From an uncultured bacterium (GTDB lineage: Bacteria; Patescibacteriota; Saccharimonadia; UBA4664; SCTI01): DNA of 64,000 nt. Each line of letters opens with the position of its first letter. Position 1 is the first letter of the stretch. The stretch spans positions 103,943-167,942 of the forward strand of contig CAVRJJ010000005.1 of NCBI GenBank assembly GCA_963721685.1, given 5' to 3'. The notes under the pieces are model-generated. The model made no database searches, was not told where the DNA came from, and was given only the letters and a program-made list of their open reading frames with translations. Of the stretch, positions 1-11,219 are shown one piece after another. Made by a program: the position numbers and the translations under genes.

Positions 1-1402
1 AATACTCAAACTCATCAAGTCGTTGGGCAAATATCGGGTTATTGGTGGGGTTTGCGGACTTGGTGGTGGGTGAGGCGGGGGGCTTTGGCGGCTGGCCCGA
101 ATCATTGATCAAAGGCTCAGGCTCAGCATTAGGGGTTAGCGGATTGACCTGTAACGGTGTTTTCCCGGAACCATCCGAGGAAGTTGAAAGCTCAATATGC
201 TGGGGGGGCAGCAGGTCTTCCATGACCGCCTCGGGCTCCGCCGGCACGTCGGGTTGAGGCGGGACGGCTGGCAGGGGTTCAGCAGCCGGTAATGGCGCTT
301 CAAGCTGAAGCTTAGGCTCGGGGTTCTCAAGAACCGCCGGTTTTGTGGGCGGCGCAAGCTGCTCTGGCACAAGAGCCTCCCGGGTCGGTAACGGCTCGGA
401 ATCGGGCATTGCCGAGGCGGCCGCATCGCGCAGAGCCCGCGGGGTCTCCGCGGCTGGTTGCGGACGGCGTATTGAAAGGACAGCGCCCGGCTCAGGGTTA
501 ATTAAGTGCTGTAGTCGCATGGGCGGCTTTTGGTCGGCTGGGCTTTCAGAGTCGACAGAAGGTATTACCGGAGCCGGTTGATTAGCAGGCGGCTTAGATA
601 TTGGTGAAGGCTGCCCGCCCGAAGACTTCTTTTCTCCCCGGTCGCCTTTTGAAAAGAGATTTTTAACTACTTTTTGCTGGTCGGCCCCGCCGGCAACCAT
701 TTGGGCTGCCACCGTCATGGTTTTTGCGGTGGTATGCACAGCGGTGAAGCGGTCGGTGGAAGCGTAGAGCGCGGTCAGCATAGTAGTGGCAATATCGGCA
801 TCAATAAGTCCAGACTGCAGCGATTCGGCCAGCGCGATTAAAATTTCAGCTAAACTGGCCGCCGACGTTTCCAAAAGGTTGATAGCGCCATACTGCTCGT
901 TAATACGGTGGAAATCAATATTAACCAAGGGGATCTGGCGCATCATCTCAAGGTTTTGAGTATAAAGCTTATCGATCCGACTGAATGATGCCACGCCAAG
1001 GACGATTACCAGGTCAAAATGCAGGTCGCCGTAGCTGTAGCTTACATCACGCTGGCTAAAGCCGCCGGAAAGCGGCGTGACATTTATGTTCAGCTTGCCG
1101 CCCTCAATAACGTATTTCAACTTATCGACTTCGGCGTTGGCAAGGTCAATTTGGACAATAAAGTCGCGCATCGCGCCCAAATCCCGCTCCATCAAGTTGG
1201 TTGGCAAAAAGCGCGATGCGGGCGGAATGTCGTCGCTGATCACCGCGGTAACTTTCTTGCCAAACTTACGCAAGATAGCCGCCAGGGCAATAGTAGAGGC
1301 TACCTGGTCAATATTCGGGTGCTGGCCGGTAATTAACAGGATAGTTTCCGCTTGGCGGATGGCTTCGGAAGTTTGTTGTTTGGGAGTTAATTCTTTATCC
1401 AT
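1..1402 (-). CDS. DHH-family phosphoesterase-like protein with degenerate catalytic motifs and a long Pro/Ala/Glu-rich C-terminal extension; partial, runs off window start, start codon ATG at 1402
   Basis: Own translation of the minus strand from ATG 1400-1402 gives MDKELTPKQQTSEAIRQAETILLITGQHPNIDQVAS...VNIDFHRINEQYGAINLLE...; no stop before position 1. Not in the ORF track because there is no stop in the window. Resembles NrnA/DHH N-domain, but DxD is NID and DHH is DFH. Confidence 0.5.
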   Translation of the reverse strand, partial: MDKELTPKQQTSEAIRQAETILLITGQHPNIDQVASTIALAAILRKFGKKVTAVISDDIPPASRFLPTNLMERDLGAMRDFIVQIDLANAEVDKLKYVIEGGKLNINVTPLSGGFSQRDVSYSYGDLHFDLVIVLGVASFSRIDKLYTQNLEMMRQIPLVNIDFHRINEQYGAINLLETSAASLAEILIALAESLQSGLIDADIATTMLTALYASTDRFTAVHTTAKTMTVAAQMVAGGADQQKVVKNLFSKGDRGEKKSSGGQPSPISKPPANQPAPVIPSVDSESPADQKPPMRLQHLINPEPGAVLSIRRPQPAAETPRALRDAAASAMPDSEPLPTREALVPEQLAPPTKPAVLENPEPKLQLEAPLPAAEPLPAVPPQPDVPAEPEAVMEDLLPPQHIELSTSSDGSGKTPLQVNPLTPNAEPEPLINDSGQPPKPPASPTTKSANPTNNPIFAQRLDEFEY

Positions 1403-1620
1403 AATACGCTCACAGATTTTTACTATTGTATCAAAAAAACGCCTATCTGTCAATAGCTGTTGTGCTTTGCTTACCGGGTAGTAACTTTTCGGGCATAGGA
1501 TTGCTTAGCTAGCGCTAGCTGATATATGCCTCGAAAAGCTCTACCACGGCGCGCCAACCAGCAAATACACCGCATAATACCTTTACAGCACTCGCTTTTT
1601 CCGCTATAGTCTCATCTGTT

Positions 1621-2019
1621 ATGCCAATTATCAAATCTGCAATTAAACGGGTCAAGCAATCGGCTAAGCGCCGCAGCCACAACCTGCAAGTTAAACGAGC
1701 AATCCACCAGGATGTGCGCGCCTTTACTGATGCGTTAGCGACTGGGGATGCCAAATCCACAGCCGAAACCTTAACCGCGGCTATCTCTGAAATTGACCGA
1801 GCCGTTAAAAAAGGTACCCTCCACCGTAACACCGCTGCCCGCCGTAAATCCCGTCTTCAAAAGCAGGCTAATACTATTGGCGCCAAGCCGGCTGCTAAAG
1901 CTAAGGCTCCGGTTAAGTCAGCCAAAAAGCCAACTAAGGCCAAGGCCGCTCCCAAAGCCGAGGCTAAAGCTCCTGCCAAAAAGCCAACTGCAAAAGCTAA
2001 GCCTAAAAAAGGTGCCTAA
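1621..2019 (+). CDS. rpsT: 30S ribosomal protein S20 with Lys/Ala-rich (histone H1-like) C-terminal tail
   Basis: N-terminus MPIIKSAIKRVKQSAKRRSHNLQVKRA...KKGTLHRNTAARRKSRL is the canonical S20 signature; tail is AKPAAKAKAPVKSAKKPTKAKAAPK... Confidence 0.85.
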   Translation: MPIIKSAIKRVKQSAKRRSHNLQVKRAIHQDVRAFTDALATGDAKSTAETLTAAISEIDRAVKKGTLHRNTAARRKSRLQKQANTIGAKPAAKAKAPVKSAKKPTKAKAAPKAEAKAPAKKPTAKAKPKKGA

Positions 2020-2211
2020 GCGCGCCGAAGACGCCCAAAGTAAACTTTTAGATAGCTGTGAGCAGCTCGTGGCACATGTGAAGTTACTACGCGATTACGC
2101 TACTACGCCCGATAATATTTGGCTGGCTCGGGGCGAACTCAATAAAATTAATGAAATGAGTGCTGAAGTTGACGCGCTGCTAACCGAGATAAAGGATAGC
2201 GGCGAGAATTC

Positions 2212-3144
2212 TTAGGCTTTAACCCGTCCCGCAACTTTATAAATCAACTGCTCAACCAAGACTTCCGCAACCCCAGCTCCGGATTTAATTTGATAATCGG
2301 TATCAACCGCCTCTAAAAAAGCTTCCTTCAAAGCTTCTTCGGTGAATAAATGCCGTTTGGCCAGCATTTTGCCAGACACATAAGGCGACATACCGGCGGC
2401 CTTTGCCAGCTGGGACGAGGACATTGATCCGGCCGTCTTGGCTATTAAGAGATTACGCAGCTGCCAAATAACCATACTCAACATATAAACTTCATGCTGG
2501 CCATCTTGCCGCAGCTTATGGTAGCCTTGGAGCGCTTCGCTAATTTTGCCGGCAGTCATGGCTTCAACCAAGTTAAAAATGGTTTCAACATTTCCCTCTT
2601 CCACCTGCTCGTTCACCGTTTCAAAAGTAATAAGCGAACGGTACGCGACTAGCTTGGCGATCTCGTTGCTCAGCCGCCATTGGTCATCGCCAGCCAGCTC
2701 CAACAACCGAGCCAGTGCGGACCGTTCAATTTCCGCCCCCGCTTCCCGCGCCTGCCGGGTTACCCAGCCCTGGAGTTTGGCTGGCGCCAGCATTTCAAAC
2801 TTTACCGCCTTACCTTTGCTGCTCATAGTTTTAAAATAAGTTGTCCGCTGGTCCACCTGGGGATCGTAAAACACCGCGATGGTGGTTTTGGGAATATTCT
2901 CCAGATAGTCGCCGATTTTTGGGGCAACCGCCTTATTTGCACCAAGATCCTCTATAATTACCAAGCGGCTGTTTGCCAGAAATGGGGCTGCCTGCAACGC
3001 GTTTTGAAACTCATCGGCTTTAACCTTAGCACCATCAATCCGCTCCAGTCCAAAATTGCTCCCAGACTTTTGTTCATAGTCTGCCATGAGCTTGCTAATT
3101 TGCTGCCGGGCTTCATAGGTGTTAGGCCCATAAAAGAAAAAGAT
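2212..3144 (-). CDS. holA: DNA polymerase III delta subunit-like (HolA); ORF track extends to 3249 but MIFFFYGPN start near 3144 is more likely
   Basis: ...MIFFFYGPNTYEARQQI... N-terminal motif, ~310 aa length, sits with fpg/polA on the same strand; weak family-level recognition only. Confidence 0.45.
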   Translation of the reverse strand: MFFFYGPNTYEARQQISKLMADYEQKSGSNFGLERIDGAKVKADEFQNALQAAPFLANSRLVIIEDLGANKAVAPKIGDYLENIPKTTIAVFYDPQVDQRTTYFKTMSSKGKAVKFEMLAPAKLQGWVTRQAREAGAEIERSALARLLELAGDDQWRLSNEIAKLVAYRSLITFETVNEQVEEGNVETIFNLVEAMTAGKISEALQGYHKLRQDGQHEVYMLSMVIWQLRNLLIAKTAGSMSSSQLAKAAGMSPYVSGKMLAKRHLFTEEALKEAFLEAVDTDYQIKSGAGVAEVLVEQLIYKVAGRVKA

Positions 3145-4047
3145 CATCCTGTAAGTGTACCACTCCGAGAAAGCTTCAGCTTTTGACATTGGGGGCACAA
3201 ATGCGTGCCCCGGCCCGCCACCCGGGTTTTGATAATCACGCTTTGGCACACCGGGCAGGTTAGCCCCTGGCGGCGGAACACCCGGGCATTTTGGAGGTAG
3301 TCTCCTTTGCCGCCTAGCGCGTTCACATAAGAGGTAAAGCTGGTACCACCGTGCTCTACACCAAGAGCAATAATGGCTTTTATGGCTTCATAGAGGCGCT
3401 GAACTTCAACTTTAGACAAGCTTCCAGCCAGCCGGGCGGGATGGATTTTAGCCAAATGCAGAGACTCGTCGGCGTAGATATTGCCCACCCCTGCAACGGT
3501 TGACTGATCCAAGATCACACCCTTAACCGGTGAACCGCTACGGCGTTTTAAGATAACTGAAAACGGAACTAGCTCGAAGGCTTCGGTCAGCGGTTCGGGT
3601 CCCAACCGGGCAATTAGGCTATCGCGCAATACATCAGGGTTGGACACTAATTTTACCCAGCCAAAGACTCGTTGGTCGTTGAAGTACAATATTGAACCGT
3701 CACTGAACCTAAAAATAACTTTGGTACTTTTATCCGGTAGCTGATCGGCCATGCTTTTAGTAGGATGGCCGGCGGCGTAACGCTCTCCTCCCGACTTAAC
3801 CAACACCATTTGGCCAGTCATTTTCAGATGGAACAGTAAGCTATAGCCGGTATCAAGTTCAATAATTAAGACTTTACCCTTGCGGCCGATCTTGGTGATA
3901 TGTGGCGCCAATCGCCTGAGCATCGGCTAATTCAGCCGACGACTGGAACGACTTCGGGTGCAGCACTTCAATATCGGTAAACTTCAGCCCAACAATGTTC
4001 TGCTGTAATCCAAGACGGATGGTTTCAACTTCTGGTAACTCCGGCAT
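3144..4047 (-). CDS. mutM: formamidopyrimidine-DNA glycosylase (Fpg/MutM), interrupted by a +1 frameshift near 3890-3925 (N-terminal 52 codons in another frame)
   Basis: Minus-strand translation from ATG 4045-4047 gives MPELPEVETIRLGLQQNIVGLKF... (catalytic Pro2/Glu3), stop after ...AIGATYHQDRPQG. Downstream frame has IGRKGKVLIIEL...HLKMTGQ...C-terminal zinc finger CPVCQ...CPQC. Confidence 0.75.
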
Positions 4048-4094
4048 AGGAGTATTGTAACCTGGTACGAATGTTACTTAAATAAGTGCGCCTT

Positions 4095-4127
4095 CCGGCA
4101 CGGACACCGAGAGGGCGTCCGTGCCGT
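4095..4127 (-). terminator. GC-rich hairpin downstream of high-GC gene 4156-4596
   Basis: cggcacggac-accgagaggg-cgtccgtgccg 10-bp stem; weak U-tract. Confidence 0.3.
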
Positions 4128-4155
4128 GATGACGACGACCGGATCGGAAGATCCA

Positions 4156-4596
4156 TCAGGCAGCCGCGGCAACAGCGGTGGGGACAGCGCTGTTGACCGT
4201 CGCGCTCCACTTGGAGTCGTTGCTGGAGATCCGGCGCCTGATGTTCGGCTTCCTCTGGAGGAGGCGCTTACGCAGCGCAACCGTAAGGCAGACGACCACA
4301 CCGTCGTTAACTGCCTTGGGCAGCGCCTTCTCCTTGTCGGCGCCGATGCGGCTGATGTTGAACTGCTCGATGATCGCGAGAACCTCCTCCACCTGGAGGT
4401 CGTTGAGGATGCCCTCGATCACGTCGTCAAGCGTGTCGGTGGTCGCGAGGCGATGCAGCCAGTCCTCAGGCAGATCCCTTGCTCGGTCGAGTTCGACCAA
4501 GATCTGGCTGGCGGCGGCCTGCAGCACCTTGCTGAGCTCCGGCGTCTCGATGTACGTGCTCTCCGCGGTTGCGGGGAGTGCTGTAGCTGTCATGGT
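4156..4596 (-). CDS. hypothetical protein on a high-GC insert between fpg and polA (start MTATALPATAES with AGGAGG RBS)
   Basis: taggagggatcacc-ATG on minus strand at 4596; GC visibly higher than flanks; no recognisable domain. Confidence 0.4.
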   Translation of the reverse strand, partial: TMTATALPATAESTYIETPELSKVLQAAASQILVELDRARDLPEDWLHRLATTDTLDDVIEGILNDLQVEEVLAIIEQFNISRIGADKEKALPKAVNDGVVVCLTVALRKRLLQRKPNIRRRISSNDSKWSATVNSAVPTAVAAAA

Positions 4597-4742
4597 GATC
4601 CCTCCTAGGAATCGTCGTCGAGGTAAAAGCATTGTGCTCCACCCATACTTTATTTATAGTCCTCTCTCCAGCTATGCGCAATGCTTACGCTGGTGATAGT
4701 CACAGAACGAATTGCTTTAAAGATGCTTTTTATTAGAGCTAC

Positions 4743-7475
4743 CTACAAGTCGCCCCAGCTTTTGCCCACTTTGGTATCTACCGCGATTGGCACGCCAAGA
4801 TCATAGACGTTTTCCATGGTGTCGCGCATGAGGTATGATACTTCTTCGGCCTGGCTTTCCTCAGCCTCAACGATCAGTTCGTCATGGATTTGCAGGAGTA
4901 GCATAGCGCCTTCGGGCAGTTTGGGTACCAGGGCAATCATCGCCAGCTTGATGATATCGGCGGCGGTGCCTTGAAGAGGCACATTCACCGCTACCCGTTC
5001 CGCGGCGTTGCGGATTAAAAAGTTATTTGAGTTAATTTCCGGTGAAGGTCGCCTGCGCCCCAGTAAGGTTTCGGTGTACTCATTCTTATGGGCGAACTCT
5101 TTTAATCCTTCAATATATTCTTTTAGGGTTTTGCGGATTTCAAAGTAGCGCTCAATGAACTGCACCGCCTCTTCACGGCTGATACCGGTGGCTACACTTA
5201 ACCCATGCGGACTCATGCCGTACAAGACGCCAAAGTTAATGGTTTTAGCGCTGTAGCGCTGCTCCGGCGTAACCTTATCCAGCGGCACCCCAAACATCTC
5301 GGCGGCGGTTTGCTGATGCAGGTCGATCCCCTTCTTGAAGGTTTCAATCATGCCTTTATCTTTACTGAGGGCGGCGGCAATGCGCAATTCAATTTGCGAA
5401 TAGTCGGCGCTAATGAATACGCGGCCCTTTTGGCGCTACAAAAGCTTTACGGATCTCGCGGCCAATTTCGGTGCGGACCGGAATGTTCTGCAAGTTGGGG
5501 TCGGTAGAATTAAGCCGTCCGGTTTGGGCAATGGTTTGGTTAAAGCGGGTATGGATGCGATTGTTTTTATCAACCAGCTTGGGCAGTGTTTCAACATAGG
5601 TTGATTGCAACTTGGCAAACTCCCGATAGCTGGAAATCATTGGTATGATCGGATGCGCGTCTTGTAGCTTTTCTAGCTCGTGAGCAGCCGTAGAAAGGCC
5701 GCCGGTTTTGCCTTTTTTCACCCCATGCGAAGGAAGCTTCAACTGGTTGAAAAGAATGTCGGACAGTTGGGCCGGAGAAGCGATATTAAACTTCTGTCCG
5801 GCGGCTTCCCAGATTTGCTCTTCCAGCTTTGCCAAATCCTTGGTTAACTTTTCATTAAACTTATTAAGGAAAGCGCTATCAAGTTCAATGCCCGCTATTT
5901 CCATCTGACCCAAGTATTTCAATTAACGGCCACTCGGTGGCTTTGCCGATCCGGTCAAAGCCCTGCTCCTTCAGCTCCGGTTCCATTTTTTGAAACAGCC
6001 GCCAGGTTATATCGGCGTCTTCGGCGGCGTAGGTAGTAGCCTCATCAATGGCGACATCATCAAAGGTAATTTGAGTCCGGCCGCTGCCAATTACCTCAGA
6101 AATCGGGATCATTTCAATGCCAAACTCTTTATACGCCAGGTCGTCCAATGACTGGGAACGGCCCAGCGGATTCAGCAAAAAAGCCGCGATCATGGTGTCA
6201 AACGAAATGGGGCTCGGCGTGATCCCGTGGCGAACAAGAATTTTGTAGTCGTATTTGGCATTGTGCGCGATCTTGCCAATGTCGGGGTCTTCAAAGGCCG
6301 GGCGCAGACGCATCCAGAATTACTTTTTTATTCAACTGTGAACCCTTTTTGTGCGCAACCGGAATGTAGTAGGCTTCAGCCTCTTTTAAGCTGACTGAAA
6401 TGCCAACCAGCTCGGCCTCCATTTCATTCACGCTCGTGGTTTCAGTGTCGAACGCGAACTCCTTGCTAGCTTGAAGGCGTTCAGCGAGTCTTGTTAATGC
6501 CGCTTCGGTCGTAATAGCCGTATAAGATGCGTTTTCCAAGTGCACACGCTGCTTTGCCGGCACCTCTACCCCGGGACCATCAAAGAGGTTGGGAGCTGAT
6601 ACCGTCATCTCTGGAGGCAGCTTGGTGAGCAAGGCCTTAAACTCCATCCGCCGAAACAGTTCCTGAATTTGTTGCTTGTTATACTGGCCAACCTCGGCCG
6701 GCTGTAAGTCCAGGTTGATAGGCGCGTCGCAGACAATGGTGGAAAGCTTTTGGCTTAAATAGGCCATATCTTTGTTCACTTCCAAGCGCTCTTTGAGCTT
6801 GCCTTTCAGCTGATCCAAATTGTTATACACGCCATCCAAACTACCGTAGGTTACGATGAGGTCTTTGGCGGTTTTCTCCCCTACTCCCGCGACGCCGGGA
6901 ATATTGTCGCTGGCATCACCCTTTAAGGCTTTAAGGTCAATGAACTGCTTGGGATCAACCCCGTAGCGTTCTTTGAGTTCAGGTAATCCATAAATAACGG
7001 TATCGGTAAAACCGCGCTTCATAGTGTAGATCTTGGTGTTTTCATCGATCAGCTGCAGTTCATCAAGATCGCCGGTTACAATAATGGTTTCCAAGCCTTG
7101 CTGTTCGGCCTGACGGCCAAGCGTACCAATAATGTCGTCGGCTTCGTAGTTGTCCAGCTCGATCCACGGCAAGCCCAATGCCTCGGTGACCTGGCGGGTG
7201 TAAGGTATTTGGGCATACAGGTCGTCGGGCTGCTTTTTGCGGGTAGCCTTGTATTCCGGGTACATTTCTTTGCGGAACGTATCACTCGATTTGTCCCAGG
7301 TGACAATCGCGTATTTTGGTTTTAGGTCGGATAACACCTTAAGCAGGATCATGGTGAAGCCATAGGTAGCGTTGGTAGGTATGCCCTCCGCGTTGGAAAG
7401 GTGCGGAATGGCGTGGTAGCCGCGATGAAACACAGCACTCCCATCAACCAGGACTAAGCGGTCTTTTTTACTCAT
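4743..7475 (-). CDS. polA: DNA polymerase I (5'-3' exo, 3'-5' exo-like, polymerase domains), split into 4 ORFs by three +1 frameshifts (near 6291-6313, 5885-5922, 5387-5410)
   Basis: Pieces carry MSKKDRLVLVDGSAVFHRGYHA (5' nuclease), KYDYKILVRHG, motif A region ISADYSQIELR (visible only after skipping one nt at ~5392), and RRRPSPEINS...QGTAADIIK...QIHDELIVEAEE motif C. Confidence 0.85.
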
Positions 7476-7502
7476 AGGGATAGTATAGCGTAGGTAAGAT
7501 TA

Positions 7503-8135
7503 TCAAAGCTGGCTGGCGGCGTAGTGGGGGTGCGGCTTTTGGGGGTAAGCGTCCGCGATTTTCACGGCTACCGCCTCAAGCTGCTCCAGCGTGCCATCGT
7601 TGCTAATGGTGGTATCAGCCGCTTGGATAACCGCCTCAATCTGCTGCGCACTACCAGCCCGCTCGGCTTCTTCGGTGGCTTTAAAGGTTTCAAAGCTGAC
7701 GTCATCCCCTGCCCGACCCCGGGCTTGCGCCCGCTGATAGCGGATTTCAACCGGTGCATCAATTGCAATGATCGTGTCACCCCGCTCATGGATGTAGTCG
7801 GCCTCGACTTTCTGGCGCAATCCCGGATACAGCAGGATGTCGGTTCCTGCTTCAGCTGCCTGATGAATTGATTGCTCAAGCCAGTAGGTATAACCGTGCT
7901 CGGCACCCACTTCGTCAACGGTCTTGCGCAGCACATTCCGGTCGGACGGGTCACCAAGATCGTGGTCGCGCACGTACTGGCGGATCAGGTCACCCGAAGA
8001 CACCATACCAACCTTGTGTCCGCGGCTTTCCAGCTGCTCTTTCAGCATTTCAGCAAAGCGGTCCTTGCCGGCACCAAAGTAGCCGGCAATGCCAATAATG
8101 TGTGGATTTTGGTCAGGTGTTTCTGGTTGATTCAT
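7503..8135 (-). CDS. P-loop kinase, dephospho-CoA kinase-like (CoaE-like)
   Basis: Walker A IGIAGYFGAGKD at N-terminus; position immediately upstream of polA mirrors polA-coaE synteny in monoderms. Confidence 0.45.
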   Translation of the reverse strand: MNQPETPDQNPHIIGIAGYFGAGKDRFAEMLKEQLESRGHKVGMVSSGDLIRQYVRDHDLGDPSDRNVLRKTVDEVGAEHGYTYWLEQSIHQAAEAGTDILLYPGLRQKVEADYIHERGDTIIAIDAPVEIRYQRAQARGRAGDDVSFETFKATEEAERAGSAQQIEAVIQAADTTISNDGTLEQLEAVAVKIADAYPQKPHPHYAASQL

Positions 8136-8186
8136 TTACCCATTTTATCAGATAAGATTAGATTGAGTGAAAGAAGCGGCAGATGT

Positions 8187-8224
8187 GCATCAAATTTGCC
8201 ACTAAAGTGATGCAAATTTGATGC
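8187..8224. promoter_or_regulatory. perfect 13-bp inverted repeat GCATCAAATTTGC (12-nt spacer) GCAAATTTGATGC plus a third TTGATGC half-site
   Basis: Read directly in the intergenic region between rpoD end and coaE-like start; half-site TGCATCAAAT also forms the unit of the 11-bp tandem repeat at 33988-34129. Confidence 0.4.
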
Positions 8225-8317
8225 TATATTGATGCCAACTTTGGCCAACCTATATTACGTGTTGCAAAAGCCGTTGCTTCATTTTCATCTTCATCACGAC
8301 TCAGTCGGCCGAAAACC

Positions 8318-9427
8318 TTAAGCCAGGTAGTCTTTCAGCTTCTTGCTCTCACGGTGGCGGCGCAGCTTCATCAAAGCTTTAGCTTCAATTTGGCGGATGC
8401 GCTCACGGGTAACCCCAAACTCCAAGCCAACTTCTTCAAGGGTATGACTTTTGCCATCCTCGAGACCAAAACGCATACGTAAAATTTTCTGTTCACGTGG
8501 TGTTAGTAGGCTCAGAACACTAGCCACCTGTTCTTTAAGCAGTTGATTGGCAGCCACTTCCGGTGGTGTCGGCCGGTCTTCATCTTCAATAAATTCACTT
8601 AAGGTTGAATCTTTATCATCACCAACGGTGGAATCAAGCGATACAATATCCTGCTTGATCTTTAAGATATGGTTGACCTTTTCAACCTCAATCTCCATCT
8701 CCACGGCAATCTCTTCCGGTAAGGGTTCGCGGCCCAGCTCCTGGACTAAGCGGCGTTGGGTGCGGATCAACTTATTTATGGTCTCAACCATATGCACCGG
8801 GATACGAATGGTTCGGGCCTGGTCGGCAATGGCGCGGGTAATAGCCTGGCGAATCCACCACGTGGCGTAGGTTGAAAATTTAAATCCTTTAGTATAATCG
8901 AACTTCTCAACAGCCCGTAGCAAACCGCTGGAACCTTCTTGAATTAGGTCAAGCAGGTCAAGGCCGCGGCCAATGTATTTCTTGGCAATTGAAACGACCA
9001 GGCGGAGGTTTGCTTCAACCATCTTGTCTTTGGCAGCCTTATCGCCCTTGGCAATGCGTTTGGCAAGTTCAACCTCTTCCAGCGCGGTTAGGAGGGGAAC
9101 CCGGCCAATTTCGCGCAGGTACAAGCGCACTGAGTCATCAGCGATATCTTTAACATAATCGTCGCTTTCCTTGGGGGAGGCTTCATCTTCTTCCTCCCCT
9201 TCCCAAATCAAGCGGTCTTTTTGGTCGGTTAATTCTACCCCGGCCTCCATAAGTCCGGCGTACAGTTCATCAAGCTCCTCCAGGTTGTCTTCCGCGTCGG
9301 GAATAACCTGGGAAACCTCTTGCTGGGTAACAAACCCCTGTTCTTTGCCTTTTTGTAATAATCTTTCGACTGCTGGGGAATAATGATGTTCCCGCTCTTC
9401 AGTAATCGGTGCAGCTTTTTTGGCCAA
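8318..9427 (-). CDS. rpoD: RNA polymerase sigma factor, sigma-70 family (primary)
   Basis: Regions 2-4 motifs: [50 protein letters not shown] and C-terminal [24 protein letters not shown]. Confidence 0.9.
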   Translation of the reverse strand: MAKKAAPITEEREHHYSPAVERLLQKGKEQGFVTQQEVSQVIPDAEDNLEELDELYAGLMEAGVELTDQKDRLIWEGEEEDEASPKESDDYVKDIADDSVRLYLREIGRVPLLTALEEVELAKRIAKGDKAAKDKMVEANLRLVVSIAKKYIGRGLDLLDLIQEGSSGLLRAVEKFDYTKGFKFSTYATWWIRQAITRAIADQARTIRIPVHMVETINKLIRTQRRLVQELGREPLPEEIAVEMEIEVEKVNHILKIKQDIVSLDSTVGDDKDSTLSEFIEDEDRPTPPEVAANQLLKEQVASVLSLLTPREQKILRMRFGLEDGKSHTLEEVGLEFGVTRERIRQIEAKALMKLRRHRESKKLKDYLA

Positions 9428-9437
9428 AAAATTCTCC

Positions 9438-11219
9438 TTAATCGTCTTCGGTTATAAGTGTTTGGTACTGGGCCAATAGGCGCTTAGCCAAATCAGCGTC
9501 GCCTTTATCCTCAGCCTCGCGTAACTTGTGGCTGAGCTTGGTCTTCGTATCTTTGTTCGTAACTATTCGCAGACGTCCTGCCAGTTGAAATGCTTCAAAA
9601 CTGCGTTCTGCGGGAGCGAATGAGCTAAATTCTTCCTCGCCCCGTAGTGCAAGTATTTTTACATAATCAGCGGCACTTGGCAAGCCAGCGGCCACGTCGC
9701 TTGCAGGGGCTCGGGCTAGTTGCTGCAGCATGTCTAGGATAGCCTGGTGATCCGGGTCGGCAAAATGGGCTAATGTTAGATCGTCAAGGCTGCTGCGGAC
9801 TTCAGGAAATGCCAAATTGATAGCCAGGACCGATTCCTCGAGCAACCGGCGAGCGGTTTTTGATGCCGGTTTGATGATGGTAACCGCTGGACGCTGGCTG
9901 CTTATAAGATCTGTGGTTCCGGTTTCAGCTTTCTTGATTTTCTCCCGAACTGACTCTTGGCTGATTTCAAGTTTCTGGGTTAGGCGCTCAATATAATGCC
10001 CTTGCTCAACCGGATCCGCAAGCCGCTGCAAGCTTGCAGCTACACGTTCGCCATATTGACGCTTACCCGTGATGGTAGAAAGTTCATATACCTCCTCCGC
10101 TTGAGCGAACAAATAATCGAGCACATATTCGGCATCCCCGATCGCTTTTTGCCACGCCTGAACATCTTTTTGGATCAAGTCATCAGGATCTTTGCCTTGG
10201 GGAAGCCGAACCATTGAAAGGGTTAATCCCAGCTTTTGGCTGAGCTCGATGGCCCGTTCAGTCGCGCGTAATCCAGCGGCGTCGGCATCAAAGCAAATTT
10301 TAATGTTCTTGGTCAGGCGGCCAAGAGCCTTAAGCTGATCAAGCGTAAAGGCGGTGCCGCTGACCGCCACAACTTGCTTCACACCCACTTGGTGGCTAGC
10401 CACGACATCCATGTTGCCCTCCACAATAACCACCTCGTCATGCTCGCGAATGGCTGCCTTTGCTAGATGGAGACCAAAAATAATCCGGCTTTTATCATAA
10501 AGGTCGGTTTGGGGCGTATTAAGATATTTCGGCATTTGGTCGTCATCAAGTACCCGACCGGTAAAGCCCACGGGAGCGCCCGCGGCGTCGCAAATGGTGA
10601 ACATCAGGCGTCCACGGTAAAGGTCATAAATAGTGGAGCTACCGCTTTTTTGCCCAACTAAGCCGGCTTTAATAAGCTCGAGCGGACTAAAACCTTTTTT
10701 TAGCAGGAACTGGCCCAGTGCATTCCAGTCGTCCGGCGCGTAGCCAATTTGAAAATCAATAACCGTCTGCTTTTTAAGGTGGCGTTGCTTAGTGGCGTAT
10801 TCTAGTGCCGAGCGATTTTTGACTAGTGATGCCTGAAAATATCTAACAGCCCATTCCAGGGCTTCACGCGAGCGCTTCTGTACCTGTTTCGCTTCAGCAC
10901 TGGCTGGAGTGCGTTCTTTCAGCTCAATCCCGGCTTTGCGGGCCAGCAATCCCAACGCGTCACGAAACTCCAGGCCTTCGTACTGCATAACAAAAGTAAT
11001 TATGTCGCCGCCGGCGTTACAGCCGAAACAATGCCAAATCCCCTTTTCCGGGCTAACCATAAAGCTTGCCGATTTTTCCTGGTGGAAGGGACAGGGCGCT
11101 TTAAGGTTGCGCCCCGCTTGTTTTAACGGAATATAGCCGCCAATAACTTCCGCCACATCTAAGCGTTCTTTGACCTGCTCCACGTCGTTCATAGGAGTAT
11201 TATACCAGTAAACGAACAA
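9438..11219 (-). CDS. dnaG: DNA primase
   Basis: Zinc-finger [31 protein letters not shown] region ([17 protein letters not shown]). Confidence 0.9.
   Translation of the reverse strand: MFVYWYNTPMNDVEQVKERLDVAEVIGGYIPLKQAGRNLKAPCPFHQEKSASFMVSPEKGIWHCFGCNAGGDIITFVMQYEGLEFRDALGLLARKAGIELKERTPASAEAKQVQKRSREALEWAVRYFQASLVKNRSALEYATKQRHLKKQTVIDFQIGYAPDDWNALGQFLLKKGFSPLELIKAGLVGQKSGSSTIYDLYRGRLMFTICDAAGAPVGFTGRVLDDDQMPKYLNTPQTDLYDKSRIIFGLHLAKAAIREHDEVVIVEGNMDVVASHQVGVKQVVAVSGTAFTLDQLKALGRLTKNIKICFDADAAGLRATERAIELSQKLGLTLSMVRLPQGKDPDDLIQKDVQAWQKAIGDAEYVLDYLFAQAEEVYELSTITGKRQYGERVAASLQRLADPVEQGHYIERLTQKLEISQESVREKIKKAETGTTDLISSQRPAVTIIKPASKTARRLLEESVLAINLAFPEVRSSLDDLTLAHFADPDHQAILDMLQQLARAPASDVAAGLPSAADYVKILALRGEEEFSSFAPAERSFEAFQLAGRLRIVTNKDTKTKLSHKLREAEDKGDADLAKRLLAQYQTLITEDD

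Noticed and set aside
1019-1481. Plus-strand ORFs 1019-1336 and 1077-1481
   Set aside because: Antisense to the long DHH-like CDS whose translation shows conserved motifs.
4126-4608. Plus-strand 160-aa ORF in the 4.1-4.6 kb high-GC insert
   Set aside because: Minus-strand alternative has a perfect AGGAGG RBS and downstream hairpin; the plus ORF lacks both.
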